DNA of 64,000 nt, taken from NCBI GenBank assembly GCA_002314795.1, contig DCHI01000045.1, positions 3,795 through 67,794 on the forward strand, in the 5' to 3' direction. The notes beneath the pieces are model-generated. The model saw only the letters and a list, made by a program, of their open reading frames with translations. It had not been told where the DNA came from and made no database searches. A program made the translations under genes and the position numbers. Origin of the DNA: Bacteroidales bacterium UBA1756. GTDB taxonomy: Bacteria > Bacteroidota > Bacteroidia > Bacteroidales > WCHB1-69. Positions 53,540 to 62,658 of this stretch are shown one piece after another (position 1 is the stretch's first letter; each line of letters opens with the position of its first letter).

Positions 53540-53584
53540 AAATCCATTATGCTATCAGCATAATTCCAATAGCATAATGGATTT
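53540..53584 (-). terminator. rho-independent terminator of the HMA-domain gene
   Basis: 16-bp perfect arms AAATCCATTATGCTAT/ATAGCATAATGGATTT with a 13-nt loop. A T-run follows on the minus strand. Confidence 0.8.
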
Positions 53585-53605
53585 CAGGATTAGATTTCGG
53601 CTCTG

Positions 53606-53992
53606 TTAGTGATGGTGTCCGCAACCGCCGCAGCCACCGCCGCAACCGCCACCATTGCTCTTGGGTGTCGTGCAGCATTTTGGAAGTTTGGCTCTCGCCG
53701 CGGCATCGGCTTTCACATTGTCCGCATCGTAGCCCAATTTGCTGATTCCTTCGCGAAGTTTTTCCACGCTGGTGCTTTTGGTGTCATAGCTGATAGTCAC
53801 TTTCGAAGTTTTCATATCGTAAACACACTCTTTCACTCCGGTCCATTGCGGAACGTTGTCCATCAGAATTTTTTTACATTGTTCGCAAGTCCCGTTCGTC
53901 TGAATCGTAACTTTCTGAATGTTCTTCTGTTGCTGTGCGCTCAAGGAAAAAACCATAGCAAGCATAGCAATTACGGTAAGGATTTTTTTCAT
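53606..53992 (-). CDS. secreted heavy-metal-associated (HMA) domain protein with Cys/Gly/His-rich tail
   Basis: Signal peptide. Ferredoxin-like HMA fold with GTCEQCK in the metal-binding loop. C-terminal KCCTTPKSNGGGCGGGCGGCGHHH. Confidence 0.75.
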   Translation of the reverse strand: MKKILTVIAMLAMVFSLSAQQQKNIQKVTIQTNGTCEQCKKILMDNVPQWTGVKECVYDMKTSKVTISYDTKSTSVEKLREGISKLGYDADNVKADAAARAKLPKCCTTPKSNGGGCGGGCGGCGHHH

Positions 53993-54028
53993 TATAAATA
54001 GTTTTAAAAAATTTCAAAAATTCGGCAA

Positions 54029-54036
54029 CAAAAGTA
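54029..54036 (-). promoter_or_regulatory. -7 promoter box (TACTTTTG) for the HMA gene
   Basis: CAAAAGTA on the plus strand, 37 nt upstream of the start. Confidence 0.5.
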
Positions 54037-54098
54037 CACCTTTTCCGTAAAAGCATTGTCGCCTTTTGTGGAAAAGAAGTCACAATAATTTATCGTCT

Positions 54099-54632
54099 AT
54101 GAAAAAATATGCGCTGACAGGAGGAATTGGAACCGGTAAAACATTTATTTCCAAGCAGTTCGTAGATAATGGCATTCCCGTTTTTTATGCAGATGATGAA
54201 GCTAAAAAACTCTATTCTGATCCGTCGGTGTTAGAAAAACTCCGGTCGGCTTTTGGCAACCAGCTGTTTTCTGACGGTATTTTGGATTTCAAAAAGATGT
54301 CCGTTCTTATTTTTGGCTACCCAGTCCAGCAGAAAAAATTGGAACAGATTATTCATCCGTTGGTGATGGATCGCTTTGAAAAGTGGGCATCTTTGCAGCA
54401 GGCCGAGATTGTGATGATGGAGACGGCCATTCTTTTTGAAGCGAATCTTGAAAAATATTTTGATAAAGTTATCGTTGTCAATGCGTCGGTTCCTGTTCGC
54501 GTGGCCCGTATTCGTCGCCGCAACCCGGACCTTTCGGAATCGGAAATCCTTGCCCGCATTCAGGCACAAATGCCGCAAGAGGAAAAATGTAAACGTGCCG
54601 ATGAAGTCATAGACCACGAAATAGATATATAA
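54099..54632 (+). CDS. coaE: dephospho-CoA kinase
   Basis: N-terminal P-loop LTGGIGTGKT. Size of 177 aa fits CoaE. Start set at MKKYALTGG. Confidence 0.85.
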   Translation: MKKYALTGGIGTGKTFISKQFVDNGIPVFYADDEAKKLYSDPSVLEKLRSAFGNQLFSDGILDFKKMSVLIFGYPVQQKKLEQIIHPLVMDRFEKWASLQQAEIVMMETAILFEANLEKYFDKVIVVNASVPVRVARIRRRNPDLSESEILARIQAQMPQEEKCKRADEVIDHEIDI

Positions 54633-55631
54633 ATGACAACAAGTCAGTTACTTGATAGTTTCTCTCAAAAAAAAGTCCTTGTCTTGGGCGACGTGATGAT
54701 TGACGCCTACCTGGTTGGGGCAGCAAATCGTATTTCTCCGGAAGCTCCGGTTCCCGTAGTTGATGTCCAGGAACGATTTTATCGCTTGGGCGGCGCTGCA
54801 AATGTTGCCTTGAATCTGCTCGCTTTAGGCGCTACGCCGATTCTGTGTTCCGTGGTTGGCCACGACCAGAAAGCCACTCTTTTTGCTGATTTGATGAAAG
54901 AAAAAAATCTTGATAGTCAGTATCTTGTTGAATCAATGGATAGAAAAACGACTACCAAATACAGAGTAATCGGCAACAAGGTCCAGATGCTTCGTATAGA
55001 CGAAGAGGATCGCCAGCCATTGAATGAGACAGAGGAAGAACTTTTTCTGAAGGCCGTTCGCCGCGTCTTGGAAACACAGCCGATTGACGCCATCGTTTTC
55101 GAAGACTATGACAAAGGTGTTTTAAGTCCCTCTGTCATTCAAACCATTGTAGCTTGGTCCAAAGAGCGTAATTTAGTAGTGACGGTCGATCCCAAGAAAC
55201 GAAATTTCAATCATTATCAGGGGGTTACACTTTTCAAACCAAATCTGAAGGAGTTGAAGGAAGGTGTCGAAAATTACGACAGAGAGTTTTCAATGGAGAG
55301 GGTAAAAAAGCTGATGGTGGATTTTTCCGAGGCAAATGACATTGAAATGCTTTTTACAACTTTGTCAGAACGAGGAGTCGCCCTTTACGACCGTGCGCGG
55401 TCACTATTTTACGACGAACCAGCTTATTTAAGAAAAATCAGTGACGTTTCCGGCGCCGGTGACACGGTCATTTCGGTGGCTACTTTGTGCTTGGCCGCTG
55501 GCTTGGATTCGGTTGCTACGGTGCGGATTGCCAACTTGGCCGGCGGAATTGTTTGCGAGCACAGCGGGGTTGTTCCGGTTCCGCTCCCCTATTTGGAGTC
55601 GGAAATCGAAAAATATGGTATTATTCAGTAA
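54633..55631 (+). CDS. D-glycero-beta-D-manno-heptose-7-phosphate kinase (RfaE domain I, PfkB family)
   Basis: VLVLGDVMIDAY..R.SPEAPVPV and GGAANVA, plus the PfkB signature DVSGAGDT. The start abuts the coaE stop. Confidence 0.8.
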   Translation: MTTSQLLDSFSQKKVLVLGDVMIDAYLVGAANRISPEAPVPVVDVQERFYRLGGAANVALNLLALGATPILCSVVGHDQKATLFADLMKEKNLDSQYLVESMDRKTTTKYRVIGNKVQMLRIDEEDRQPLNETEEELFLKAVRRVLETQPIDAIVFEDYDKGVLSPSVIQTIVAWSKERNLVVTVDPKKRNFNHYQGVTLFKPNLKELKEGVENYDREFSMERVKKLMVDFSEANDIEMLFTTLSERGVALYDRARSLFYDEPAYLRKISDVSGAGDTVISVATLCLAAGLDSVATVRIANLAGGIVCEHSGVVPVPLPYLESEIEKYGIIQ

Positions 55632-55671
55632 ATTAGGTGTTTAGAAAACGGAAACGCATTGACTTTATATT

Positions 55672-56118
55672 ATGATGCAGAAAGAAGAAAATCCTACATA
55701 CCGATGCGCCACTGGAATACAAATCAAAATGTCCGATTTGGATCCTTTTGCCCACGTCAACAACGGCGTTCAGTGCAACTATTTCGATTGTGGAAGAAGC
55801 TACTATTTTGAGTCGGTCTTTGGTCGACAGATAGATTGGAATAATATGGATTTAGTACTGGTACACATAGAGTTAGATTTTAAAAATCCTATAAAAATCC
55901 ACGACTCCATTGTTTGCGAAACCGCCATATATTATATAGGTAATAAAAGTGTGGCTATGGTACAGCAACTTCGGTGTACCAAGACGAATGTTGTAAAAAC
56001 GGTTTGCCGGAGTGTTCTTGCTGGTTTTGATCGGCAGACGGAAAAGTCAATTCCAATCAGTGAGGAATACAAAAAAGCAATTTGTTCTTACGAAAAATTG
56101 GATTTAACACATAATTAA
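55672..56118 (+). CDS. acyl-CoA thioesterase (4HBT hot-dog fold)
   Basis: D.D..GHVNN-type motif (DLDPFAHVNNG). Size of 148 aa. Confidence 0.75.
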   Translation: MMQKEENPTYRCATGIQIKMSDLDPFAHVNNGVQCNYFDCGRSYYFESVFGRQIDWNNMDLVLVHIELDFKNPIKIHDSIVCETAIYYIGNKSVAMVQQLRCTKTNVVKTVCRSVLAGFDRQTEKSIPISEEYKKAICSYEKLDLTHN

Positions 56119-56276
56119 TTTTATTGATTAAATCTTAAAAAATTCCGAAATTTTAGATTAAAAATGGTGCTGAAAAAACTTTTTTGGTGCCATTTTTTTG
56201 CAACGTGTTGATTTCTAAAAAGAAAAAAAATTAAAAAAAACGTCTTTACCTCTTGATTTTCGCTATGCCGTTAGTG

Positions 56277-56284
56277 TATCTTTG
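56277..56284 (+). promoter_or_regulatory. -7 promoter box (TATCTTTG) giving a ~190-nt leader before the 56475 gene
   Basis: The only TAnnTTTG match I found in the 356-bp intergenic region. Confidence 0.4.
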
Positions 56285-56474
56285 CGGTGTTCAAATCAAG
56301 GGTTAGCACCCCGTTGACGTTCTTTTATTGTTTCGTATTCATTAAAAATTACGACAGCTTCAATTTAACTCCAAACTCAATCAATACGATTGACGATGAT
56401 ACTGCATCTTACAAAGATGTAATACTGCGAAAGTGTAAGAAAATCATTATTATTAACGTAAATATAAGAAAACT

Positions 56475-56987
56475 ATGAAAAAAATTTTATTGATTGCAGG
56501 AATGGTTATGATGATGTTTGGCTCCTTTGCTAAAAATGTTATCGTTATTGAAGTACACAAAGAGGGTGCTGGTTGGCAGAACTTCTTCAATTGCTACCGT
56601 GAAGTGACCACAACGTTTGTTGGTGAACAAGCCGGAACTCCTTGTGTCAATTTGACTTGTATTGGCGCTGGTTATAACTGGTGCCGTGCTTCTCGTGAAA
56701 TCGGAGTCATCAATATGGAAGGCGTTGGCCCATCCAGCAATACACAAATTCTTTCCAATACTACCGTTGTCAATGCTATCAATGAACTGATTGAAGCTTC
56801 GGAATTGGCCTATACTCGAGGGACCAAGGCATCATCAGCATCTAAAAAAGTAGCTATTCGTAATGGTAGTAAGACCGATTTGTTGTTCATCAATGCTACT
56901 TGGAATTACAATGATAGTAGCAAAAAAACGGGTGCAACTATCCGAATCACCATTGAAATGGACGACACTTCTCTCTTGAAAAGATAG
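56475..56987 (+). CDS. hypothetical secreted Cys-containing protein
   Basis: 170 aa with a signal peptide (MVMMMFGSFA). Four Cys residues clustered in CYREV..PCVNLTCIGAGYNWC. No family recognised. Confidence 0.6.
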   Translation: MKKILLIAGMVMMMFGSFAKNVIVIEVHKEGAGWQNFFNCYREVTTTFVGEQAGTPCVNLTCIGAGYNWCRASREIGVINMEGVGPSSNTQILSNTTVVNAINELIEASELAYTRGTKASSASKKVAIRNGSKTDLLFINATWNYNDSSKKTGATIRITIEMDDTSLLKR

Positions 56988-57096
56988 TTCCATAAATTGC
57001 TGATTAAATGGGGGTTGTTCGGGATATTTGATGAGTATATGACCAGGGCGATTCCGACACTCCCATTTATCTTTATTATTTAACAAATAGATTAAT

Positions 57097-58779
57097 ATGC
57101 TTAAAATCAAACTTATATTGTTTGCTATCTGTACGTCCTGTGCATTTGCCCTACATTCCCAGTCGCATATTTCCAATGCCTTTTGTTTAGAAAAAGAGTG
57201 GGTTTTACCCTCGGACGGAACGGATCGCTCCTTCAATGGACTCGTTGGTTGTACAGATGGAGAACACCTGTTCTTTTGTCACCGCCAAGGATTTCAGGAC
57301 AAGACGCAACAGTATCGTGCCTCCCTTTTTGTAGTTGACTTAAATACGGGAAAGGAAGAGTCTTTTCACATTGCTTTTCCTGAGAAAAAGGCATCTCCCC
57401 TTGCGGCCAGAAAATATTGGATTCGTGGGCTTTCTGTAAAAGATGACCAATTGTTTCTATTGACGCAAGACGCAGTACTTACCTATCAGAAGGGACGAGG
57501 TCAAGAGTACACAGTTTGTAAAGTAATCCCTTGCGATTTGCCCACCCACTTCATAGAAACAGACGGGAATTACTTCATTGTGGAGAAAGTTCCGGAAGAA
57601 GGAAAATTCGTGATGAAAAAGTTTTCTCCAAAAGGTGTTTTCCTTGATTCAATTTGTCAGTGGTCTTTGTCTGCCCCGTTTATGCTTCAGTATGAACCGA
57701 ATGATTTTCTTAGTTTGAGTGAGTCCGGCATCTGCTTTTTAGACTCGCCATTTCCAATAATTCATCAACACTTATGGAATGGAAGTGAAAAAGACAAACA
57801 CTTTTTGCCTGTTCCTCAATGGAATCCAATGCCCGAAGAGTTTGTGAAAAAAGTGTCTGCAATGCCGTACGGAAGCGAGCGCGCGATGTACGTCTTCTCC
57901 CATTCGCAAAAGTATTCATTCCCATTAGCTATTCATCTGCTACGTGATAATATGTTTTTGATTCGCTACCATACGATGGACACACTGTCTCGAAAAGAGC
58001 GAATCGTTTCAGCAGTAGTGAAATGTGAAAAGGGAGGCCAAATAAGCTCAATAACACCCTATTCTCATTATTTTGCAAGTGATTCCATTATTTCAGAAAA
58101 TGCGTTTCCTCTCTATTATGCTCAACGAGAGTTGTGTCTTAATGTACAGAAAGGAGAGTTTGTCGTGCAAATAGTACGGGAAACTCCAGTTGAATGGCGA
58201 AGGAAAATGGGCAAAGATTTTTACGATTCTACAGAAGCGTATTTCTATAAAAAAGAACCCATTATCAGAGTCCGCACCGCAAGATTGAAATGGGGAGTTG
58301 GTTCGAAAATGTGTCCGATGGATTCGCTCCATTTGAAAACTGCCGATGGTCAAAAGTATGTTTCAAATGAGAAAAGAACCATTTATGTGGTGAACAATCC
58401 GCCACAATGCCACAGTTGCGAGGAAAACATCTATCAGCTGCTCAATTCGATGGATACGAATTTGTGTCAAATAGCAGTGGTTACAATGGGCGTTAATGGC
58501 GCCTTGGCACGAAGAGACAATGTGGATTACGTGAAAGGGTATCTTAACATTCCGTTTATTCCATTATATGTCGACAGTAACGAACAACAGGCAGTGTTAG
58601 AGACCTTGCAACAATCCTATTACCCGATGTTGCTATTACGGGAAGAAGAAGATACTCGTGGTATGATTGTTCCCAATGCAAATATTTTTTCTGATGACGG
58701 AGTGAGCAGTACGTTGAATCCCGATTTCAAGAAAAAAATGAAGCTGTTTATGACCGAAAAAACATACGTGATAAACTGA
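57097..58779 (+). CDS. hypothetical secreted protein with C-terminal thioredoxin-like CxxC region
   Basis: 560 aa with a signal peptide. The C-terminal ~150 aa contain VVNNPPQCHSCEEN in a beta-alpha-beta-like context. The N-terminal ~400 aa are unassigned (possibly a beta-propeller). Confidence 0.6.
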   Translation: MLKIKLILFAICTSCAFALHSQSHISNAFCLEKEWVLPSDGTDRSFNGLVGCTDGEHLFFCHRQGFQDKTQQYRASLFVVDLNTGKEESFHIAFPEKKASPLAARKYWIRGLSVKDDQLFLLTQDAVLTYQKGRGQEYTVCKVIPCDLPTHFIETDGNYFIVEKVPEEGKFVMKKFSPKGVFLDSICQWSLSAPFMLQYEPNDFLSLSESGICFLDSPFPIIHQHLWNGSEKDKHFLPVPQWNPMPEEFVKKVSAMPYGSERAMYVFSHSQKYSFPLAIHLLRDNMFLIRYHTMDTLSRKERIVSAVVKCEKGGQISSITPYSHYFASDSIISENAFPLYYAQRELCLNVQKGEFVVQIVRETPVEWRRKMGKDFYDSTEAYFYKKEPIIRVRTARLKWGVGSKMCPMDSLHLKTADGQKYVSNEKRTIYVVNNPPQCHSCEENIYQLLNSMDTNLCQIAVVTMGVNGALARRDNVDYVKGYLNIPFIPLYVDSNEQQAVLETLQQSYYPMLLLREEEDTRGMIVPNANIFSDDGVSSTLNPDFKKKMKLFMTEKTYVIN

Positions 58780-58788
58780 AAATAGTTG

Positions 58789-58796
58789 TACTTTTG
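58789..58796 (+). promoter_or_regulatory. -7 promoter box (TACTTTTG) for the DUF58 gene
   Basis: Matches TAnnTTTG, 18 nt upstream of the ATG. Confidence 0.5.
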
Positions 58797-58813
58797 CCCT
58801 CCAATTTTTAGAG

Positions 58814-59749
58814 ATGGAATACAAGATAGATTTCTCCAAGATAACACAGTATGACAATCTGGAATTTGTTGCAAAACAGGTTGTTGAAGGGTTTATTACG
58901 GGTATTCACAAAAGCCCTATGCACGGTTTCTCCGTTGAATTTGCGGAGCATCGTCAGTACAATACGGGAGAACCGACCAAGCATATTGATTGGAAATTGT
59001 ATGCTAAAACGGACAAATTATTTGTGAAATGTTTTGAGGAGGAGACGAATCTTCGATGCCATCTGATCATAGACAATTCGTCATCAATGTACTTCCCAAT
59101 GCAAGGAAGTTATACGTTAGCGTCTCCAAACAAAATTATGTTCTCCATTTATGCCGCAGCCGCCTTGATGCAAATTTTGAAAAACCAGCGCGACGCCATT
59201 GGATTGAGTGTCTTTTCTGACACGTTGGAACTGCATACGAATGCGAGAGGTGGAGAAACTCATCAAAAAATGGTTATTCACGAATTGGAAAAACTGTTAC
59301 GTCCGATTTCCCCAGAAGTTCAACGGAAGTCAATGGTTACCGATACTTTGCATCGCATTGCAGAGCAAATCCATCGTCGGTCTATGGTGATAATTTTCAG
59401 TGATATGCTGGAATCGAATACCAATACGGAAGAGTTACTCTTGGCGTTGCAACATCTGAGACATAATAAGCACGAGGTGATATTGTTCCATACGTATCAT
59501 AAGAAGTTGGAATTTGACTTTGCTTTGGAAAACCGACTCTATCGTTTTGTGGATATGGAATCGGGTAATGAATTGAAAATCCATTCGAACCAAATTCGTG
59601 ACTACTACAAAGCCGCCATTGGTGACTATTTTCAAGAACTGAAAGTAAAATGTGGTCAGTATCAGATAGATTTGATTCCAGCGGACATTACCAAGGGATT
59701 TGATCAGATTTTACTTCCCTACGTTCTGAAAAGGCAAAAGACGATTTAA
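58814..59749 (+). CDS. DUF58 (vWA-like, MoxR-associated) family protein
   Basis: Motifs G.H.S...G.S.EF.EHR.Y..G....IDWK and LIIDNSSSM (MIDAS-like DxSxS). Confidence 0.78.
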   Translation: MEYKIDFSKITQYDNLEFVAKQVVEGFITGIHKSPMHGFSVEFAEHRQYNTGEPTKHIDWKLYAKTDKLFVKCFEEETNLRCHLIIDNSSSMYFPMQGSYTLASPNKIMFSIYAAAALMQILKNQRDAIGLSVFSDTLELHTNARGGETHQKMVIHELEKLLRPISPEVQRKSMVTDTLHRIAEQIHRRSMVIIFSDMLESNTNTEELLLALQHLRHNKHEVILFHTYHKKLEFDFALENRLYRFVDMESGNELKIHSNQIRDYYKAAIGDYFQELKVKCGQYQIDLIPADITKGFDQILLPYVLKRQKTI

Positions 59750-59805
59750 GAGGACAGCAGTCGGTATGCCTCCATTTGTATTCAGATAACACTCACGTAA
59801 TTTTC

Positions 59806-59833
59806 AAAAAGAATCCTCCCGTGATTCTTTTAT
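59806..59833 (+). terminator. rho-independent terminator after the DUF58 gene
   Basis: Stem AAAGAATC/GATTCTTT with a 7-nt loop and a short T-run. Confidence 0.6.
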
Positions 59834-59939
59834 AGCGAGCTTTATGTATACCCTTTGAGGAAGGGAATACTCAGATTGTGTCTTTCATTTCTTATGAAGT
59901 TGAATAGGTGAATTGTAATTTATTAATAGTTAATACAGT

Positions 59940-60671
59940 ATGAAAGAATCAGATTCTTTTTCATCGAAATATCCTTTGAATGGTCCATCTCGATTAACCA
60001 TTCCTGAATGGTCCGTCGCAGACCGTCCCAGAGAAAAGTATATGGAGTTTGGCAGTCGCTATGTGAGTGATGCTGAATTGGTGGCCATTCTATTGCGAAA
60101 CGGCAGTCGTGATGAGTCCGCTGTGGAATTGGCAAAAAGAGTGTTAGCCCAAAACGGGAATAGCATCAATCAACTTTCTGATATGTCAATTGACGAGTTA
60201 ACGAAGATTAAAGGGATTGGCAAGGTGAAGGCGATAACGTTGCACGCCGCTTTTGAATTAGGCCGTCGGCGCCGATCTGAAAACGTCGTACAAGCCAACA
60301 GAATTGAAGGCCCTGAAGCAATCGTATCACTGATGCAAAGTAAAATAGCCGAAATTCAACACGAAGAATTCTGGGTAATATACGTCAATCAGTCGGCGGT
60401 AATCCTTAAAGTTGAGGCCATCGGTTCAGGTGGACTGACAGAAACGAGCGTGGATGTAAGACTGATTATGAAATCTGCAGTATCGGTGAACGCGACAGGA
60501 TTATTTCTTTGTCATAACCATCCGTCGGGGAACGTCCGACCCAGTGAAGCGGATATCATCTTGACACAGCAAATTCGGAATGCATCGGATATGCTCCATA
60601 TTAAGGTTTTAGACCACATAATTATCCATAAAGATTCCTTCTACAGCTTTTATGCGGAAGGCCTCCTCTAA
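59940..60671 (+). CDS. radC: RadC-family JAB/MPN domain protein
   Basis: DRPREK, SDAELVAILLR, an HhH region, and the JAMM motif HNHPSG. Confidence 0.88.
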   Translation: MKESDSFSSKYPLNGPSRLTIPEWSVADRPREKYMEFGSRYVSDAELVAILLRNGSRDESAVELAKRVLAQNGNSINQLSDMSIDELTKIKGIGKVKAITLHAAFELGRRRRSENVVQANRIEGPEAIVSLMQSKIAEIQHEEFWVIYVNQSAVILKVEAIGSGGLTETSVDVRLIMKSAVSVNATGLFLCHNHPSGNVRPSEADIILTQQIRNASDMLHIKVLDHIIIHKDSFYSFYAEGLL

Positions 60672-60706
60672 ATATAATTCAGACGTTCTTTGACTTATTG
60701 AATTGA

Positions 60707-61510
60707 TTATAAGAGAGTTTCTCTTCTGACAACTCGTGTGAGGAGAAAAGTTCGAATACTTTGTGGGACAATCTGTGAAAAGAAGTAACTGAGTGGATTG
60801 ACGACAATTTCTTTTCTGCCTTTGAGTGTTTGACAGATACTTTTTCGTGCAACTTTTTCAGGTGCAACTAAGGTGAGTCGTCCCCAGAAACCTTGTCCGT
60901 TTATCCGTCGCACAATATCCGGACTGGTCGCCATTGCTCCGGGGGCGACCACACTGACGGAAAGCCCTCGACTTTTAAATTCAGCATTAAGCCCCAAAGA
61001 AAAAGAGCGGATAAAAGCTTTGCTGGCAGGATAAACCATTTTGTATCCAATTGGGGAGAAAGCGGCCATACTGGATACGTTCAAAATATAACTGCGTTTT
61101 TGTCGTAATAGATTGGAAATGAGTTGTCTTGTAAGAATGGAAGTAGCCATCACATTGAGCTGTATTATGGCATTGACATAATCAATAGGTGCGATTTCAA
61201 AAGGTTGCGTGCCGCCAAGTCCTGCATTATTGACCAAAAGAAAAACGTCATAATATTCGTTGATTTGATTGGCAAGCGATAGCACGTTCTCTTCTTGCGT
61301 CAAATCACAAACAATTGCAATGCAGTTCACTTGATATTGCTCTTTGATTTCACTTGCAACGATAGATATTTTGTCACTTGAACTGACTAAGATTAGAGGA
61401 ATGTTCTTACGTGCAAGCTCGATGGCAATGGCTTTGCCTAAACCACGACTTGCCCCCGTCACTATGGCGTATGCAGAGTTCATAGAGTTTGGAATTGGGC
61501 TCAAAATCAA
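60707..61510 (-). CDS. short-chain dehydrogenase/reductase (SDR)
   Basis: TGASRGLG cofactor motif, NNAG, and the catalytic YPASK. The start may instead be the Met at 61483. Confidence 0.85.
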   Translation of the reverse strand: MILSPIPNSMNSAYAIVTGASRGLGKAIAIELARKNIPLILVSSSDKISIVASEIKEQYQVNCIAIVCDLTQEENVLSLANQINEYYDVFLLVNNAGLGGTQPFEIAPIDYVNAIIQLNVMATSILTRQLISNLLRQKRSYILNVSSMAAFSPIGYKMVYPASKAFIRSFSLGLNAEFKSRGLSVSVVAPGAMATSPDIVRRINGQGFWGRLTLVAPEKVARKSICQTLKGRKEIVVNPLSYFFSQIVPQSIRTFLLTRVVRRETLL

Positions 61511-61515
61511 GATGT

Positions 61516-62622
61516 TTATTCAATGTCTTTACGGTAGCATCTGCGCCGGCACAACGGAGTAGATGCGTAACGGGTCCAAATCCGGCACGCAGGGTTGGTC
61601 TCCAATTGCTGGGACGTAAGGGCAAAATCATATCCTTTTTGGAGAAAAATCTCGTTAAGATGCTTATGGTATAACAGATGGATTCCACTGTTGGCATATT
61701 CCGGAAGGACTCCTGTCAAAAACATATCAACCACCTTGTTATTTTTGATGGATTTGAGTATGTGATACCAACCAAAGGGGAATAATCTTCCGTTCGCTTT
61801 CTGAAAAGCACTACTTAGAGAGGGTAGGCAGAAGGAGATTCCGACCATTTTTCCATCCCCATCTTCTAAAATGTTGACCAAATCTAAAACAGCCACCGAA
61901 AAATTAGAATTAACGACCCAATCAATTTCTTTGTCGGTTAAAGGAATGAAATTGAAAATGTTGCGATAACTGGAATTGAGAACTTTGAAAAAATCCTTCC
62001 CCATTGTTCGTAACTCTTTCTTGCTCTTTAATTTGCGAATTCGGACGTTGGTTTTTGCCGCTACCCTTTCAGCTAACTGTTCTATCGTTTCTGGCACAGC
62101 GTTGACCTTAACTTTGTATTGAACATAATCGACTTCTTTCTCAAACCCCATCTGTTCAACAAAGTGTGGATAGTAGGGAAAATTGTAATCCGATTCGATG
62201 GACAAAGTTTGGTCAAAACCTTCAACTAACATCGCTTGTTTATCCATATTAGAGAATCGTGACGGCCCGCAAATTTCCGAAAGCCCGTTCTCCTTTCCCC
62301 ATTTTTCAACCGTTTTAAGAAGCTCATTTGCTATGGAGAAATCGTCAATTACGTCAAACCAACCGAAACGGACTCGTTTTTGTTCCTTGATTTCGTTGCA
62401 CCGGTGGTTGATGATTCCAGCAATTCGTCCAACGATTCTTCCATCTTCAATGGCCATCCATAGCTTCATTGTGCAGAAGTCAAGAGCTGGATGAATGGTT
62501 AACGCTTTGAATTCAGCACGATCCAAAGGAGGAACATAGTAGGGACAATCTTTGTATAAATCTTTCGGGAATTGTACGAAGGATTTGAGATCCTTGCGTG
62601 TTAAAACTTCTTTTATTACCAT
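61516..62622 (-). CDS. hypothetical protein, possibly GNAT-like acyltransferase
   Basis: 369 aa from MVIKEVLT. The region GRIVGRIAGIIN..RFGWFD resembles acyl-CoA N-acyltransferase-fold proteins. The stop is 5 nt from the SDR start. Confidence 0.5.
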   Translation of the reverse strand: MVIKEVLTRKDLKSFVQFPKDLYKDCPYYVPPLDRAEFKALTIHPALDFCTMKLWMAIEDGRIVGRIAGIINHRCNEIKEQKRVRFGWFDVIDDFSIANELLKTVEKWGKENGLSEICGPSRFSNMDKQAMLVEGFDQTLSIESDYNFPYYPHFVEQMGFEKEVDYVQYKVKVNAVPETIEQLAERVAAKTNVRIRKLKSKKELRTMGKDFFKVLNSSYRNIFNFIPLTDKEIDWVVNSNFSVAVLDLVNILEDGDGKMVGISFCLPSLSSAFQKANGRLFPFGWYHILKSIKNNKVVDMFLTGVLPEYANSGIHLLYHKHLNEIFLQKGYDFALTSQQLETNPACRIWTRYASTPLCRRRCYRKDIE

Positions 62623-62644
62623 AGTAAATAAATTCGCCAAGTTT

Positions 62645-62658
62645 ATACAACGTTGTAT
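62645..62658. promoter_or_regulatory. perfect 14-bp palindrome ATACAACGTTGTAT (candidate operator)
   Basis: Read directly. Lies 23 nt upstream of the 62622 start, in a divergent intergenic region. Confidence 0.4.

Noticed and set aside
56287-56478. 63-aa ORF in the long leader upstream of the 56475 gene
   Set aside because: It has a non-ATG start immediately after the predicted -7 box and an AT-rich, low-complexity translation. It more likely represents untranslated leader.
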